Shown here: in pieces, positions 9,457 to 18,980 of the stretch
How the letters are laid out: each line of letters opens with the position of its first letter
Position numbering within the stretch: the stretch's first letter is position 1
DNA from: Acidobacteriota bacterium
Lineage (GTDB): Bacteria; Acidobacteriota; UBA6911; RPQK01; JAJDTT01
DNA: 64,000 nucleotides
NCBI GenBank assembly: GCA_965209055.1
Contig: OZ242374.1
Span: 3,680,001 to 3,744,000, forward strand
Reading direction: 5' to 3'
Translations under genes and position numbers: made by a program
The notes under the pieces: generated by a model
The model's input: the letters and a program-made list of their open reading frames with translations, nothing else
The model's database searches: none
Told to the model about the DNA's origin: nothing

Positions 9457-10887
9457 ATGGACTCACATTGGAACAGTCTGTTGGGGAACCGGGTTTCGCG
9501 CCGGGAAATGCTACGGGCCAGCAGTTGCGGCTTCGGCTCCCTGGCCCTGGCGGGCCTCCTGGCCGAGGAGGGCGTGGCCGCGGTTGCTGGGGACTCCGCC
9601 AATCCGCTGTCCCAGAGGCCGCCCCATTTCACGCCCCGGGCCAAGCGGATCATCTTCCTCTTCATGCACGGCGGCCCCTCCCAGGTCGATACCTTCGACT
9701 ACAAACCCCTGCTCCAGCGGGACCACGGCAAGCCGTTCCCGTTCCAGCGTCCCCGGGTGGTCTCCAGCGAGACCTTCAACCTGCTCAAGTCCCCCTGGGC
9801 GTTCAAGCGGCATGGCGAGAGCGGCCAGTGGGTGAGCGAGCTCTTTCCCAACGTGGCCGAGTTCGTGGACGACCTCTGCTTCATCAAGTCCATGCACGCC
9901 TCCAACTCTCGACACGGGGCGGCCCTGCTGGAGTTGCACACCGGCAGCGACACCTTCGTCCGGCCCAGCATCGGTTCCTGGCTCACCTACGGCCTGGGAA
10001 GCGAGAACCAGGACATGCCGGGATTCATCACCATCTGCCCCACTCAAGGGCACGGAGGAGCCAACAACTACGGATCGGCCTTTCTGCCCGCTCCCTACGC
10101 CGGCACCGCCGTCGGCACCAGCCGAATCGAGGCCAAGAACGCCAAGATCCCGTTCATCACCAACGAAAAGGTGCCCCGGGACATCCAGCGCATGCACCTG
10201 GATTTCATCCGGGAGATGAATCAGCAACAGTTGGCCCAAACGGGTCCCGACCGGAATCTGGAAGGCCGGATCCAGGCCTTCGAATTGGCGTTCCGGATGC
10301 AGGCCCAGGCACCCGGGTTGCAGGATCTCTCACGGGAATCCGAGGCCACGCGGAAGCTTTACGGCCTGGACGACCGGATGACCGAGGATTTCGGCCGCCA
10401 GTGCCTGATGGCCCGCCGTCTGGCCGAGGCTGGCGTCCGCTTCGTCCAGGTGAGTCACAGCTACAAGTGGGATCAGCACCGGCGGCTGCGCCGCGACCAC
10501 ACCCAGAACGCCCGGGAAGTGGACAAGCCCATCGCCGGCCTGCTCCGGGACCTCAAGGGGAGGGGTTTGTTGCAGGACACGCTGGTCCTCTGGGGTGGCG
10601 AGTTCGGCCGCACCCCGGTGGCTCAGGGCTCCGACGGACGGGACCACAATCCCCAGGGGTTCACCATGTGGATGGCCGGCGGCGGCGTGAAGCCCGGCTT
10701 CTCCTACGGCGCCACCGACGACTACGGCTACTACTCGGTGGAAAACAAGGTGCACATCCACGACCTGCACGCCACGATCCTGCACCTCATGGGGCTGGAC
10801 CATACCCGGCTGACCTACCGCTACGCGGGAAGGGATTTCCGGCTCACCGACATCCACGGCAACGTGATTACGGACATCATGGCCTGA
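9457..10887 (+). CDS. DUF1501 protein (Tat-like signal)
   Basis: SRREML; AKRIIFLFMHGGPSQVDTFD; WGGEFGRTP; GRDH; usual partner of DUF1549/DUF1553 genes. Confidence 0.93.
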   Translation: MDSHWNSLLGNRVSRREMLRASSCGFGSLALAGLLAEEGVAAVAGDSANPLSQRPPHFTPRAKRIIFLFMHGGPSQVDTFDYKPLLQRDHGKPFPFQRPRVVSSETFNLLKSPWAFKRHGESGQWVSELFPNVAEFVDDLCFIKSMHASNSRHGAALLELHTGSDTFVRPSIGSWLTYGLGSENQDMPGFITICPTQGHGGANNYGSAFLPAPYAGTAVGTSRIEAKNAKIPFITNEKVPRDIQRMHLDFIREMNQQQLAQTGPDRNLEGRIQAFELAFRMQAQAPGLQDLSRESEATRKLYGLDDRMTEDFGRQCLMARRLAEAGVRFVQVSHSYKWDQHRRLRRDHTQNAREVDKPIAGLLRDLKGRGLLQDTLVLWGGEFGRTPVAQGSDGRDHNPQGFTMWMAGGGVKPGFSYGATDDYGYYSVENKVHIHDLHATILHLMGLDHTRLTYRYAGRDFRLTDIHGNVITDIMA

Positions 10888-10955
10888 GTCTCCGGCAGCT
10901 GCGGCATCCGCGCCGGTTCACCTCCCAGGATTCATCCAGCAACGAAAGGACCGAA

Positions 10956-11843
10956 ATGAGCAGTTTCAGAGGGCTCTATCCGGCCGTCATCACTCCCATG
11001 GACCGAGACGACCGGCTCAACGAAGAGGCTTTTCGGCAGGTCTTCGAATTCAACATCCGGGCCGGTGCCCACGGTTTCTGGGTGGCCGGCGGCAGCGGCG
11101 AGAGCGTGCTGCTCCAGCCGGACGAGAACCGGCGGGTCGCCGAGATCGCCGCGGACCAGTGCCGTGGCCGCGCAAGGACCATCATGCACGTGGGCGCGGC
11201 GACCACGTCGGCCGCCGCCGGCATGGCCGAACAGGCCGCCCGCGCCGGCGTCGACGCCGTCTGCGCCTTGCCCGGTTCCTTCTACGGAGCGGGTGCGGAC
11301 GAATCGATCGGCTACTACAAGGCCATCGGCGCGGCCGCCGACCTGCCCCTGTTCGTCTACAACCTGCCCGACGCCACCGGCCTGGAGTTCACGCCCGAAC
11401 TGATGAAGAGGCTCCAGGACGAGGTGCCTCAACTGGCCGGTCTCAAGCATTCGGCGGCCAATTTCAAGAACGTCTGGATCTTCGCCCGCATGGGCCTGGC
11501 CTGCTTCAAGGGTTTCAGCTGCCTGATGTTGCCGGCCCTGGTCGAGGGAGCCGTGGGGTGTGTGGACGGACCGCCCGGCGTGGCTCCCGAAGCCTTTCTC
11601 CAAGTCTGGGACGCGTATCAGGAAGGGGACTGGACGGGGGCCCGGAGGGCCCAGGACACGGCCACGGAGATCTTCGGCCTGTTCGACGGGGAGTACGGCC
11701 CCTACGTCGCCGTCCTCAAGGAGCTCATGGGAAGGCGTCTCGGAATCGACTGCGGAGTCCCGCGGCCTCCGGGAATGCCGTTGACTCGAGAGCAGGCGGA
11801 CCGTGTCTGGAACCGGTTCCGGGAGCTGATGCCTGAGGCCTGA
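10956..11843 (+). CDS. DHDPS/N-acetylneuraminate lyase family aldolase
   Basis: GLYPAVITP, GGSGES, YNLP, Schiff-base Lys in GLKHS; RBS GAAAGGA before ATG 10956. Confidence 0.9.
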   Translation: MSSFRGLYPAVITPMDRDDRLNEEAFRQVFEFNIRAGAHGFWVAGGSGESVLLQPDENRRVAEIAADQCRGRARTIMHVGAATTSAAAGMAEQAARAGVDAVCALPGSFYGAGADESIGYYKAIGAAADLPLFVYNLPDATGLEFTPELMKRLQDEVPQLAGLKHSAANFKNVWIFARMGLACFKGFSCLMLPALVEGAVGCVDGPPGVAPEAFLQVWDAYQEGDWTGARRAQDTATEIFGLFDGEYGPYVAVLKELMGRRLGIDCGVPRPPGMPLTREQADRVWNRFRELMPEA

Positions 11844-11851
11844 GCACCCAG

Positions 11852-11876
11852 GGAGGGGGGATTTTCAGTCCCCCTC
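11852..11876. repeat. GGAG-type REP-like hairpin or terminator
   Basis: GGAGGGGGGA-TTTTCAG-TCCCCCTC just after the lyase stop; resembles hairpins at 18738, 31190 and 33529. Confidence 0.6.
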
Positions 11877-11902
11877 TTCGATACCCCACTAACTGTTTGT
11901 GG

Positions 11903-12208
11903 CCTACGACAGAGGACCGTTGATATCCAAGACGACTCTGGCCAGCACGAATCTCCGGTTGTCCGAGTGTGGCGTCAGCCGCCCTTATTCGACGAGATAC
12001 TGGTCCGTTCAGCCTTGGCGTCTTTGGCCGCTTGAGTCACACATTTGAAATCCTCAGGCTGCCTGAGGGGCTTCACCGACCCGTAGGCCGACTCCAAGCT
12101 GAGGGTGCCTGCCGCCGAACGAACCTCAACGTCTGCCTCGGACCTCCGACTGTACCGGCCTTTGCGATTCAAAGTTTGATTGGGGCGTGAAATGCGCGTC
12201 TTCATCAA
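11903..12208 (-). pseudogene. Decayed toxin-antitoxin remnant: AbrB/VapB-like C-terminus plus PIN N-terminal fragment
   Basis: ORF 11975-12208 contains LESAYGSVKP...PEDF...AKDAKAERT; it is followed by a short RVVLDIN fragment ending in a stop. Confidence 0.4.
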
Positions 12209-12211
12209 CGT

Positions 12212-13780
12212 CTACTTGAATTGAAACGAGAACAGGCTCGCGTTCCGGATCCAGAAGCGGAGCTGGACGGGGCGGCCCTCCAGTGAACTCACGTCGCTGT
12301 TGCCCTGCCAACTGGCCTGGACGGCACCCCGGGCGGCCATGGGGTCCGACTCCTTCAACGAGAAGCCGGGCAGCGGCTGGGTCTGGTGATCCAGGATCTC
12401 CACCTTGATCTGGGGAATCCCGGCCCCATCGTTGTGCCGGGCGGCCTCCATGTTGACGTGCAGGCCCGAACCTTCGAAGCTGAAGGTCTGGGTGAGCAGA
12501 ATTCCGGGCTTGAGCTTTCCCGCGTCGATGGAGACGAATCCGTCCTCCGGCAGGGTCGCCAGGCCGGGCGCCCGCAGCGGCGCCTCACCCTCGGCCTCCT
12601 GCTTCAGATAGAGCTGTTCGGGCCCCCGCCAGTTGGCGCCCGTGTAGTAGATCCAGATCTTACCGCCTTGCATGATCGGCGCCTGGACGTAGACGCTGAC
12701 CGAATCGAAGCTCCCCTCGGGGCCGGGACGAACCAGGGGCTCGCGGAATTTCCGTTCGTAGTTCACGCCGTCGCGGCTGAAGGCCAGGGTGGGGTAGTGG
12801 AGGGTACGGGTAGTTCGAAAGATCCAGGGCAGGCCAATGTAGGTGCCCTCGTACGCCACCACCGGAAAGAGGTAGAACTCGGCATCCGGATAGTCGTCAT
12901 CATCCGGCAGCAGGATGTTCTGGGGGAGGCTCCAATTCGTGAAGTCGGGGCTTTCGGCCCGTCCCACTGTCCTGATGCCGGTGGGGCACCGGCGGTGCTG
13001 GCAATTCTCAATGTGGGCGGCGTAGACCTTCCGGATCGGGTCCCATCCCATGTAGTGGGTGGGGCCCCAGCGGCCCGGCTCCGGCGTCGTGTCCATCACC
13101 GGGTTGGTCGGCTCGGGAGTCCAGTTGAATCCGTCCGGGGAATAGTAGACGTGCAACTGCATGCCGGGCGGGTCCGTGGTGCGGGTCATTGCTATCGACT
13201 TGTACCGCTTGGCGGGATCGGTCCCGTTGGGGTCTTCGAAAGTCGGCGCCCGGCTGTCGGCCGGCAGCAGGTTGTTGTTGCGGCTGCCGTCGAACTCCAC
13301 CTTGCCCAGGTTCGGCTTCACCCAGTGGACTCCGTCCCTGGAGGTGGCGTAACAGAGCCTGTATTTGTAATTGTGGTAGATCCCCACGTAACGGTAGGGA
13401 GCTTCAACCCGCTCCCAGACGGCGCCGGTGTCGGTCCAGTGGTACTCGGAGAGCTGCCCGCCTGGTTCCGCACGCCATTCGCCGCTGGTGGAATACCACA
13501 TCTTGAAGAGCTTCTCCTCGGGGTCGTAAATGACCTTGCCCACGGGAGTGAGATGTCCCTCCCAGGGCTGGTCCGGACGGATGACCGGGTTGCTGGGCTC
13601 CTTGACCGCGGTGTTGAGGACTTGCTTGGCGTCGGTCAGGCTCTGGATCATGTAGTCGTCGATGAACAACTGCTTGCGATTGCCGATCTCCAACAGGCTC
13701 GGCACGTCGGAGGCGCCGTGGGCAGTGAAGGCGGACAGCATGAGAAGGCAGAGCATTCGCGTCCAAAGCTGGATTTTCAT
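12212..13780 (-). CDS. Secreted five-bladed beta-propeller protein (GH32/GH43-like)
   Basis: Signal peptide; QLFIDDY; NPVIRPDQPWE; YATSRDGVHWVKP; repeated SxDGxxW motifs. Confidence 0.75.
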   Translation of the reverse strand: MKIQLWTRMLCLLMLSAFTAHGASDVPSLLEIGNRKQLFIDDYMIQSLTDAKQVLNTAVKEPSNPVIRPDQPWEGHLTPVGKVIYDPEEKLFKMWYSTSGEWRAEPGGQLSEYHWTDTGAVWERVEAPYRYVGIYHNYKYRLCYATSRDGVHWVKPNLGKVEFDGSRNNNLLPADSRAPTFEDPNGTDPAKRYKSIAMTRTTDPPGMQLHVYYSPDGFNWTPEPTNPVMDTTPEPGRWGPTHYMGWDPIRKVYAAHIENCQHRRCPTGIRTVGRAESPDFTNWSLPQNILLPDDDDYPDAEFYLFPVVAYEGTYIGLPWIFRTTRTLHYPTLAFSRDGVNYERKFREPLVRPGPEGSFDSVSVYVQAPIMQGGKIWIYYTGANWRGPEQLYLKQEAEGEAPLRAPGLATLPEDGFVSIDAGKLKPGILLTQTFSFEGSGLHVNMEAARHNDGAGIPQIKVEILDHQTQPLPGFSLKESDPMAARGAVQASWQGNSDVSSLEGRPVQLRFWIRNASLFSFQFK

Positions 13781-13921
13781 GGGCTCCTCTCTGGTAGGGA
13801 TCGAAGGGGTGACATGATTGTCCGGGAACACCGAAAAGTACCACACAGGTGTTAGCTGATCACGTCCGAGACGGCCTTCGGGTTCTTCTCCGAGACTGCG
13901 GCATGCCCGAACTCCGCGAAT

Positions 13922-14185
13922 TCAACTCGACGACAGTGCCAACTTGGCGGCCACGTCGGGAGAAACGGCGATCAGTTCTTGTCCGGTTGCAGCAGTGCTC
14001 GGCATAGGAATTTCCCACCGCTCCTGAATGTATCCCGCCAAAGCTGTCGCGAGCGCGTCCTCGGCCATCGCCAACGCTTCAATTCTGTCTTCGCCGCCGG
14101 TCAGCGCTTCGGGAACGTCTGGAAACGTGACAGAGAATCCGCCTTCTGGTTCGGGGGTCAGGACACAGGGGTAAACGTATTGCAC
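13922..14185 (-). CDS. hicB: HicB-family antitoxin (short, no C-terminal HTH)
   Basis: YPCVLTPEPEGGFSVTFPDVPEALTGG...EALAMAEDAL; GTG start after AGGAGG. Confidence 0.8.
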   Translation of the reverse strand: MQYVYPCVLTPEPEGGFSVTFPDVPEALTGGEDRIEALAMAEDALATALAGYIQERWEIPMPSTAATGQELIAVSPDVAAKLALSSS

Positions 14186-14186
14186 T

Positions 14187-14400
14187 TTAGAAGTCCTCCT
14201 TGCCGATGTTCGAATTCTATAGCATCCCAGGATGGGTACCCGGCTGCGTTCACCCCGCTTCACTTCGGCGAAACGCCGGCCCATCCACAACTGCGGGTGA
14301 CTGCCCTTGCCATGGTTGAGGACAATAGCGGAACCTTGTGGTCAACACAGTTCCGCATCTGCCGGACCACCGCGTTCGCCAAAACCCACCCCGGCTTTTC
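14187..14400 (-). pseudogene. HicA toxin pseudogene
   Basis: HGKGSH motif then LWMGRRFAEVKRGE; frameshift and in-frame stop (GML*NSNIGKEDF*) just upstream of hicB; 5' limit approximate. Confidence 0.65.
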
Positions 14401-14471
14401 CCATCGGTTCCTACGGCGTAGAATTCCAGTTTCAATTGCGGGAGCGAAGAAAGCATGTCCGGGAGACAGCC

Positions 14472-15224
14472 GTGACTCGACTCGAGACTGAACTCCAGCG
14501 GCGAAGCCAGGCACAGCGGGCCGCCAACCGGAGCACCCGGGAGAACTGGCACTCCTTCACTCGGCACCGGAACCGGGTCATGGAGTTGTTGGGCGGCGAG
14601 AGCCGGCGTCAGGGCAAGGTCGCCATTCTGGGGGCAGGGAATTGCAATGACCTGGACCTGGTCCAGTTGGCGTCCGAGTGCGGCGAGGTCCATCTCTTCG
14701 ACCTGGACCGGGAGGCCATGGAGGGCGCGCTACTCCGCCAGGGAGTGCCGGAGCGGTCCAACATCCATCTTCGGGACGACCTGGATCTCTCCGGCCTCTC
14801 CGATTCGGAGCATGCCACGGGGCCGGATCCGGCGGCCGACTTCGACCTGGTGGTCTCCACCTGTGTCGTGAGCCAGCTCCTGGAGACGGTGAGCCGCGTC
14901 CTGCCACCCGGGCGCCACCGCGACCGGATCATGTTGCAGGTCCGGGACGCCCATGTTCGCCTGATGACCGGCCTGACGGCTCCCGGCGGGACCGGGATCG
15001 TGGTGACGGACATGGCCGAGGCCGATTCTGACCCCGATTCGCCCGCACCGCCGGAGACGGCACGAAAAGGCAGTCACTTTCTCGGTCTGGATCCGAAAGG
15101 GATTCGGCAAGCACTCGGGGCGGTTCGGAATCTGAAGCAGTCGGAGCCGTGGACCTGGCAGTTGGACCCGGTCCGGCGCTACCTGGTGCAGGCCGTCCGC
15201 TTCACCAAGTCCGCCGCCGGCTGA
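14472..15224 (+). CDS. Class I SAM-dependent methyltransferase-like protein
   Basis: VAILGAGNCNDLDL, VHLFDLD, FDLVVSTCV. Confidence 0.65.
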   Translation: MTRLETELQRRSQAQRAANRSTRENWHSFTRHRNRVMELLGGESRRQGKVAILGAGNCNDLDLVQLASECGEVHLFDLDREAMEGALLRQGVPERSNIHLRDDLDLSGLSDSEHATGPDPAADFDLVVSTCVVSQLLETVSRVLPPGRHRDRIMLQVRDAHVRLMTGLTAPGGTGIVVTDMAEADSDPDSPAPPETARKGSHFLGLDPKGIRQALGAVRNLKQSEPWTWQLDPVRRYLVQAVRFTKSAAG

Positions 15225-15244
15225 AGTTCCGTTGCCGCGGCTTC

Positions 15245-16297
15245 CTACCAGTCGACCCTGAGCCGGGTCCAGCGTACCCCGAACCGGCCCCCTTCCTGGG
15301 ACCAGTGAGTGGCCAGAAAGTCGCCGTCCTGGAGGCGGATAGCCGTGGGGAACCCGAACTGAAAGCCGCCGTACTCCTCGACACCGCGGCCGGTCGGCCC
15401 TTCCTGGCGGGTTCCCGGGTCGTACATCAGACCCTCGTAGTGAATCTCCCATCCTTCGTGAGAGAAGGTGACCAGGTTCATGACGATTCCCTGGTCCCCG
15501 TACCGCCGGTTGTAGAGGACCATGAGCCGGTCGCCGCCCAAGGGGATCGACGTCATGGTCTGGCCCCGGATCCCGGTGCTGCGGGGAGCGCTCCAGGTGA
15601 GGCCGTCGTCCCGCGAGAGCACATAGGAGTCCTCCTGGTCGACCACGTCCCCCAGGGTCACGGTCCAGCAGGTGGCGATCAACAGGCCGTCATCGGCTTG
15701 AGCCAGCTTCTGCTCCAGGTAACCCAGCTTCCCCTCCGGGTCTTCGAACACGACGGCGTGACGCGGCCACGTTTCTCCGCCGTCGTCGGAAACGGCCGCC
15801 AGGACCTGCTTGCCCAACGTGTCCGCCGAAACCAGGGTGGCGGCCGGCGCCAGCAGGCGCCCGGACCGCAGCGGGAGGATGCCGTGGGAGATCTCCAACT
15901 TCCTGTGCCCCTGCATGGGGATGGTGCGGCGAGCGGACCAGGTCCGTCCTCCGTCGGTGGAGCGGAGAAACACGGCCTCGTTTTCCGAATCGCCGAACAC
16001 CTTGGTGGCCCGGGCGTAGTGTCGGGATCCGTAGGCGTAGACGGTCCGGCCGTCCGAGGAAAGGCTCAGCTTGAGCGCGTTGGTGGAACCTCCGACCCGG
16101 GGAAGGAGCGTTCCTTCCACCTTCCAGGTTTCCCCTCCGTCTGTGGACCGGGCCCAATCCGAACCGCCGGTGACGTGAGCGCCGCCTCCCACGTTGAAGG
16201 AGCAGAGGATGTCTCCGCCGGGCAGTTGGACGGCCTGGGGAAACGCCGACTCACGCTCGTCGATCCGTCCCGTACCCAGAATCTCGATGGATGCCAT
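15245..16297 (-). CDS. Sialidase/BNR-repeat protein
   Basis: Asp-boxes STDGGETW, STDGGRTW, SDDGGETW, SRDDGLTW. Confidence 0.85.
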   Translation of the reverse strand: MASIEILGTGRIDERESAFPQAVQLPGGDILCSFNVGGGAHVTGGSDWARSTDGGETWKVEGTLLPRVGGSTNALKLSLSSDGRTVYAYGSRHYARATKVFGDSENEAVFLRSTDGGRTWSARRTIPMQGHRKLEISHGILPLRSGRLLAPAATLVSADTLGKQVLAAVSDDGGETWPRHAVVFEDPEGKLGYLEQKLAQADDGLLIATCWTVTLGDVVDQEDSYVLSRDDGLTWSAPRSTGIRGQTMTSIPLGGDRLMVLYNRRYGDQGIVMNLVTFSHEGWEIHYEGLMYDPGTRQEGPTGRGVEEYGGFQFGFPTAIRLQDGDFLATHWSQEGGRFGVRWTRLRVDW

Positions 16298-16313
16298 ATT
16301 GGACTCGTCGGCG

Positions 16314-17642
16314 TCAGCCGGCCTGAATCGTCCGCTTCACGGGATCGAAGGTCATGCGCCGGCCGCTCCAATAGGAATCGGTGGACATGATGCAGGCGAC
16401 GGAATGACCGTAACCGGCCTCCACCGGACAGTGCAGCCGCTTGCTGTCCCGGGCGCGAATGGCGTCCAGCCAGTTGGCGACGTGGCTCCTTTCGCCCGGC
16501 GCATCGGGAATGGGGACCTGGTCCTCGATCTTGCCGTCCGCCTCCACTCCCCGGCCCGAGAAGTGCCAGGGAACGTTGGGGTTGGCGCTGGGCTCGGCCC
16601 GGCCCTCGCTCCAGTCTTTCCTGTTGGTGGAGCCGCCGGCCTCGAAGCTGCCCAGTGTGCCGTGCACCTGCGTCGCCTTGCCGTATCCGTTGATCAGGTT
16701 GGTGGAGTAGACCATGAGGAATTTACGGCCGTCCTTTTCATACTCCAGCGAGACTTCGATGGTGTCGGCGTTCTCCCGCCAGTCCTTCCAGGCGTAGATG
16801 CCGCCGTGGGCCACGGCGTTCAGGGGGTAGGAAGTGCCGGTGAGCATGTGGGCCATGTCGATGCCGTGGGTCATCCACTGGTCGATGATGCCGCTGGAGA
16901 AGTCCTTCCAAAGGCGGAAGCAGCGGAACACCCTGGGATCGAAGGGGCGGTGCGGCTTGCCCATGAGCCAGGTGTTCCAGTCCACGTCGCTCTCCCTGAT
17001 CTTGGCCAATTGCTCGTCCGACTTGGCCCAGCGGTAGGCGCTGTACCAGCTCCAGTGGAGGTCGACCTTGACCACGTCACCGATGATCCCGTCGGCGATC
17101 ATCCTGGCCGCCTGCCGGTACTTGGGAGAACTCCGCCGCTGGGTGCCGATCTGAACGATGCTGCCCGATTCCTTCACCGCGTCCAGCGCCGCGTTGGTCT
17201 CCGACAGGACGTTGCCCATGGGCTTCTCGCAATAGGCGTCCTTACCCGCCTTGGCGGCCATTTCCAGGATCTGGGCGTGAGCGTGATCCGGAGTGGCGAT
17301 GATGAGAGCGTCGATTTCCGGGTCGTTCACGATCTGTTCGTGGTGCTTGTAGACCTTGGGGGACGACCCTTGCCTTTCCTCGGTCAGCGCCTTCGCTTGG
17401 TCCCGCGCGTCGTTCCAGACATCGCAAACCGCCGTGAGGCGGGCGTTGAAACGCTGGTTATGATCGAAAAACTCCCTCATGATGCCCCGGCCGCGGCCGC
17501 CGGGACCGGCGATGCCGACCCGGATCTGGCCGTTCACGTCACGGGACTTGGCGATAGCGGGAAACCCGGCCAGTGCGAGTCCGGCTCCGGCTCCGGCCGA
17601 ACGGGACAGGAAGGAACGCCTGTTGATGGAAGATTGACTCAT
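16314..17642 (-). CDS. Gfo/Idh/MocA oxidoreductase, Tat-exported
   Basis: NRRSFL; GPGGRG; ATPDHAH; YCEKP; QIGTQRRS. Confidence 0.92.
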   Translation of the reverse strand: MSQSSINRRSFLSRSAGAGAGLALAGFPAIAKSRDVNGQIRVGIAGPGGRGRGIMREFFDHNQRFNARLTAVCDVWNDARDQAKALTEERQGSSPKVYKHHEQIVNDPEIDALIIATPDHAHAQILEMAAKAGKDAYCEKPMGNVLSETNAALDAVKESGSIVQIGTQRRSSPKYRQAARMIADGIIGDVVKVDLHWSWYSAYRWAKSDEQLAKIRESDVDWNTWLMGKPHRPFDPRVFRCFRLWKDFSSGIIDQWMTHGIDMAHMLTGTSYPLNAVAHGGIYAWKDWRENADTIEVSLEYEKDGRKFLMVYSTNLINGYGKATQVHGTLGSFEAGGSTNRKDWSEGRAEPSANPNVPWHFSGRGVEADGKIEDQVPIPDAPGERSHVANWLDAIRARDSKRLHCPVEAGYGHSVACIMSTDSYWSGRRMTFDPVKRTIQAG

Positions 17643-17778
17643 GGCTCATACTCCGTCAGGTTTGATCGGCGGGTTCCGGTTGTCGGAACCGATTGGACAA
17701 TGGTAGCGAAGCGGTGGGACCGCGACAAGGCGGATACGGCCCCTAAACGTAAACACTGACTAAGGATAGGAACCCCCC

Positions 17779-18738
17779 ATGGCTCAGAAGAGATTCCTGA
17801 TTACAGCCCCGGTGGAAGAGATCGTGATCGAGTTGCTGGAGGCCCATGCGCCGACGGTGACGTCGCCCGCCACCGACCAGAAGACGTTGTCAGGCCTGCT
17901 CTCGGGATCGATCGGGATCGTCGCCCGGGGCGAGGCCCGGATCACCCCCGAGCTGGTGGAGGCCGCGCCCGATCTCCAAGTCGTGGGCAGGACCGGCGTC
18001 GGGTACGACAACGTGGACGTGCCGGCTCTGACCCGCCGGTCGATTCCCCTGATCATCGCCCCGGTGGGTGGGTTCTCCGTGGCCGAAGGGGCGCTGGGGA
18101 TGCTGCTCTGCCTGATCAAGAACATGCGCGCCATGGACTCGGCGGTCCGCGAAGGCAACTGGGACATCCGCTACGACGGCCTGGTCGGGGACGTGGCCGG
18201 CCATACGGTGGGCATCGCCGGGATGGGCCGGATCGGTTCCTACCTGGCCAGGCTGCTTCAGCCCTTCGAAGTGACGGTCCTGGGCTACGATCCTTACGTG
18301 GACGCCGGTCGAATGGCCGAGATCGGGGTCCGCAAGGTTGAGTTGAAGGAACTGCTGGCCCGGTCCGACTATGTCTCCTTTCACATGCTTCTGAATGACG
18401 AGACCCGGGGCATGATCGACCGGGACGCGGTCGCCGGCATGAAGCGGGGGGCGGTTCTGCTGAACCTGGCCCGCGGCGGAATCACCGACGGCCTCGATAC
18501 CCTGGCCGACGCCCTGGACGATGGGCAACTGAGCTACGTGGGACTGGACGTTTTTCCCACCGAACCTCCCGATGTCTCCCACCGGATCTTCAAACATCCC
18601 CGGTGCCTCTTCGCGCCCCACTCCCTGGGCATGAGCGAACTGGCCATGGACCGGGTCGGCCGTTCCATGGCCAACGACATGCTGGCCGTGTTGGAGGGGA
18701 ATCGACCCCAGCACTGCGTCAATCCTGAAGTCTTCTAG
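17779..18738 (+). CDS. D-isomer 2-hydroxyacid dehydrogenase (SerA-like)
   Basis: GVGYDNVD; GMGRIG; NLARGG; LDVFPTEP; PH. Confidence 0.9.
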   Translation: MAQKRFLITAPVEEIVIELLEAHAPTVTSPATDQKTLSGLLSGSIGIVARGEARITPELVEAAPDLQVVGRTGVGYDNVDVPALTRRSIPLIIAPVGGFSVAEGALGMLLCLIKNMRAMDSAVREGNWDIRYDGLVGDVAGHTVGIAGMGRIGSYLARLLQPFEVTVLGYDPYVDAGRMAEIGVRKVELKELLARSDYVSFHMLLNDETRGMIDRDAVAGMKRGAVLLNLARGGITDGLDTLADALDDGQLSYVGLDVFPTEPPDVSHRIFKHPRCLFAPHSLGMSELAMDRVGRSMANDMLAVLEGNRPQHCVNPEVF

Positions 18739-18796
18739 GAGTGGGGGTTTTCCTATCCCGATAGCCCCACAGTCAACAACTACCAAACATTAACGT

Positions 18797-18809
18797 TTTC
18801 AATGGATTA
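18797..18809 (+). promoter_or_regulatory. IHF-like site, left att arm
   Basis: TTTCAATGGATTA, one mismatch to WATCAANNNNTTR; about 42 bp inside the core. Confidence 0.55.
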
Positions 18810-18863
18810 CCGGGTTCTTCGCCGAATCGGTAGCGTGGTTGACTCCCTATGTTTGACATCCTG

Positions 18864-18882
18864 AACAGGCAACAAACAGGCA
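18864..18882 (+). repeat. Putative integrase arm-binding repeat (left)
   Basis: AACAGGCA-ACA-AACAGGCA, identical to 31052-31070. Confidence 0.75.
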
Positions 18883-18980
18883 GCAGTATTCGAGCCTGCG
18901 ATGCCGGTCTGGTACTATTTCCTCTGCGATATAGGCCCGCCGTCACCAGATCCGCTGTGACGAAGGTCGGGCAGTCGGAC

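Noticed and set aside
9468-10955. 791-aa ORF as a fusion protein
   Set aside because: Its first ~500 aa are an off-frame shadow of DUF1501; the real gene starts at 10956.
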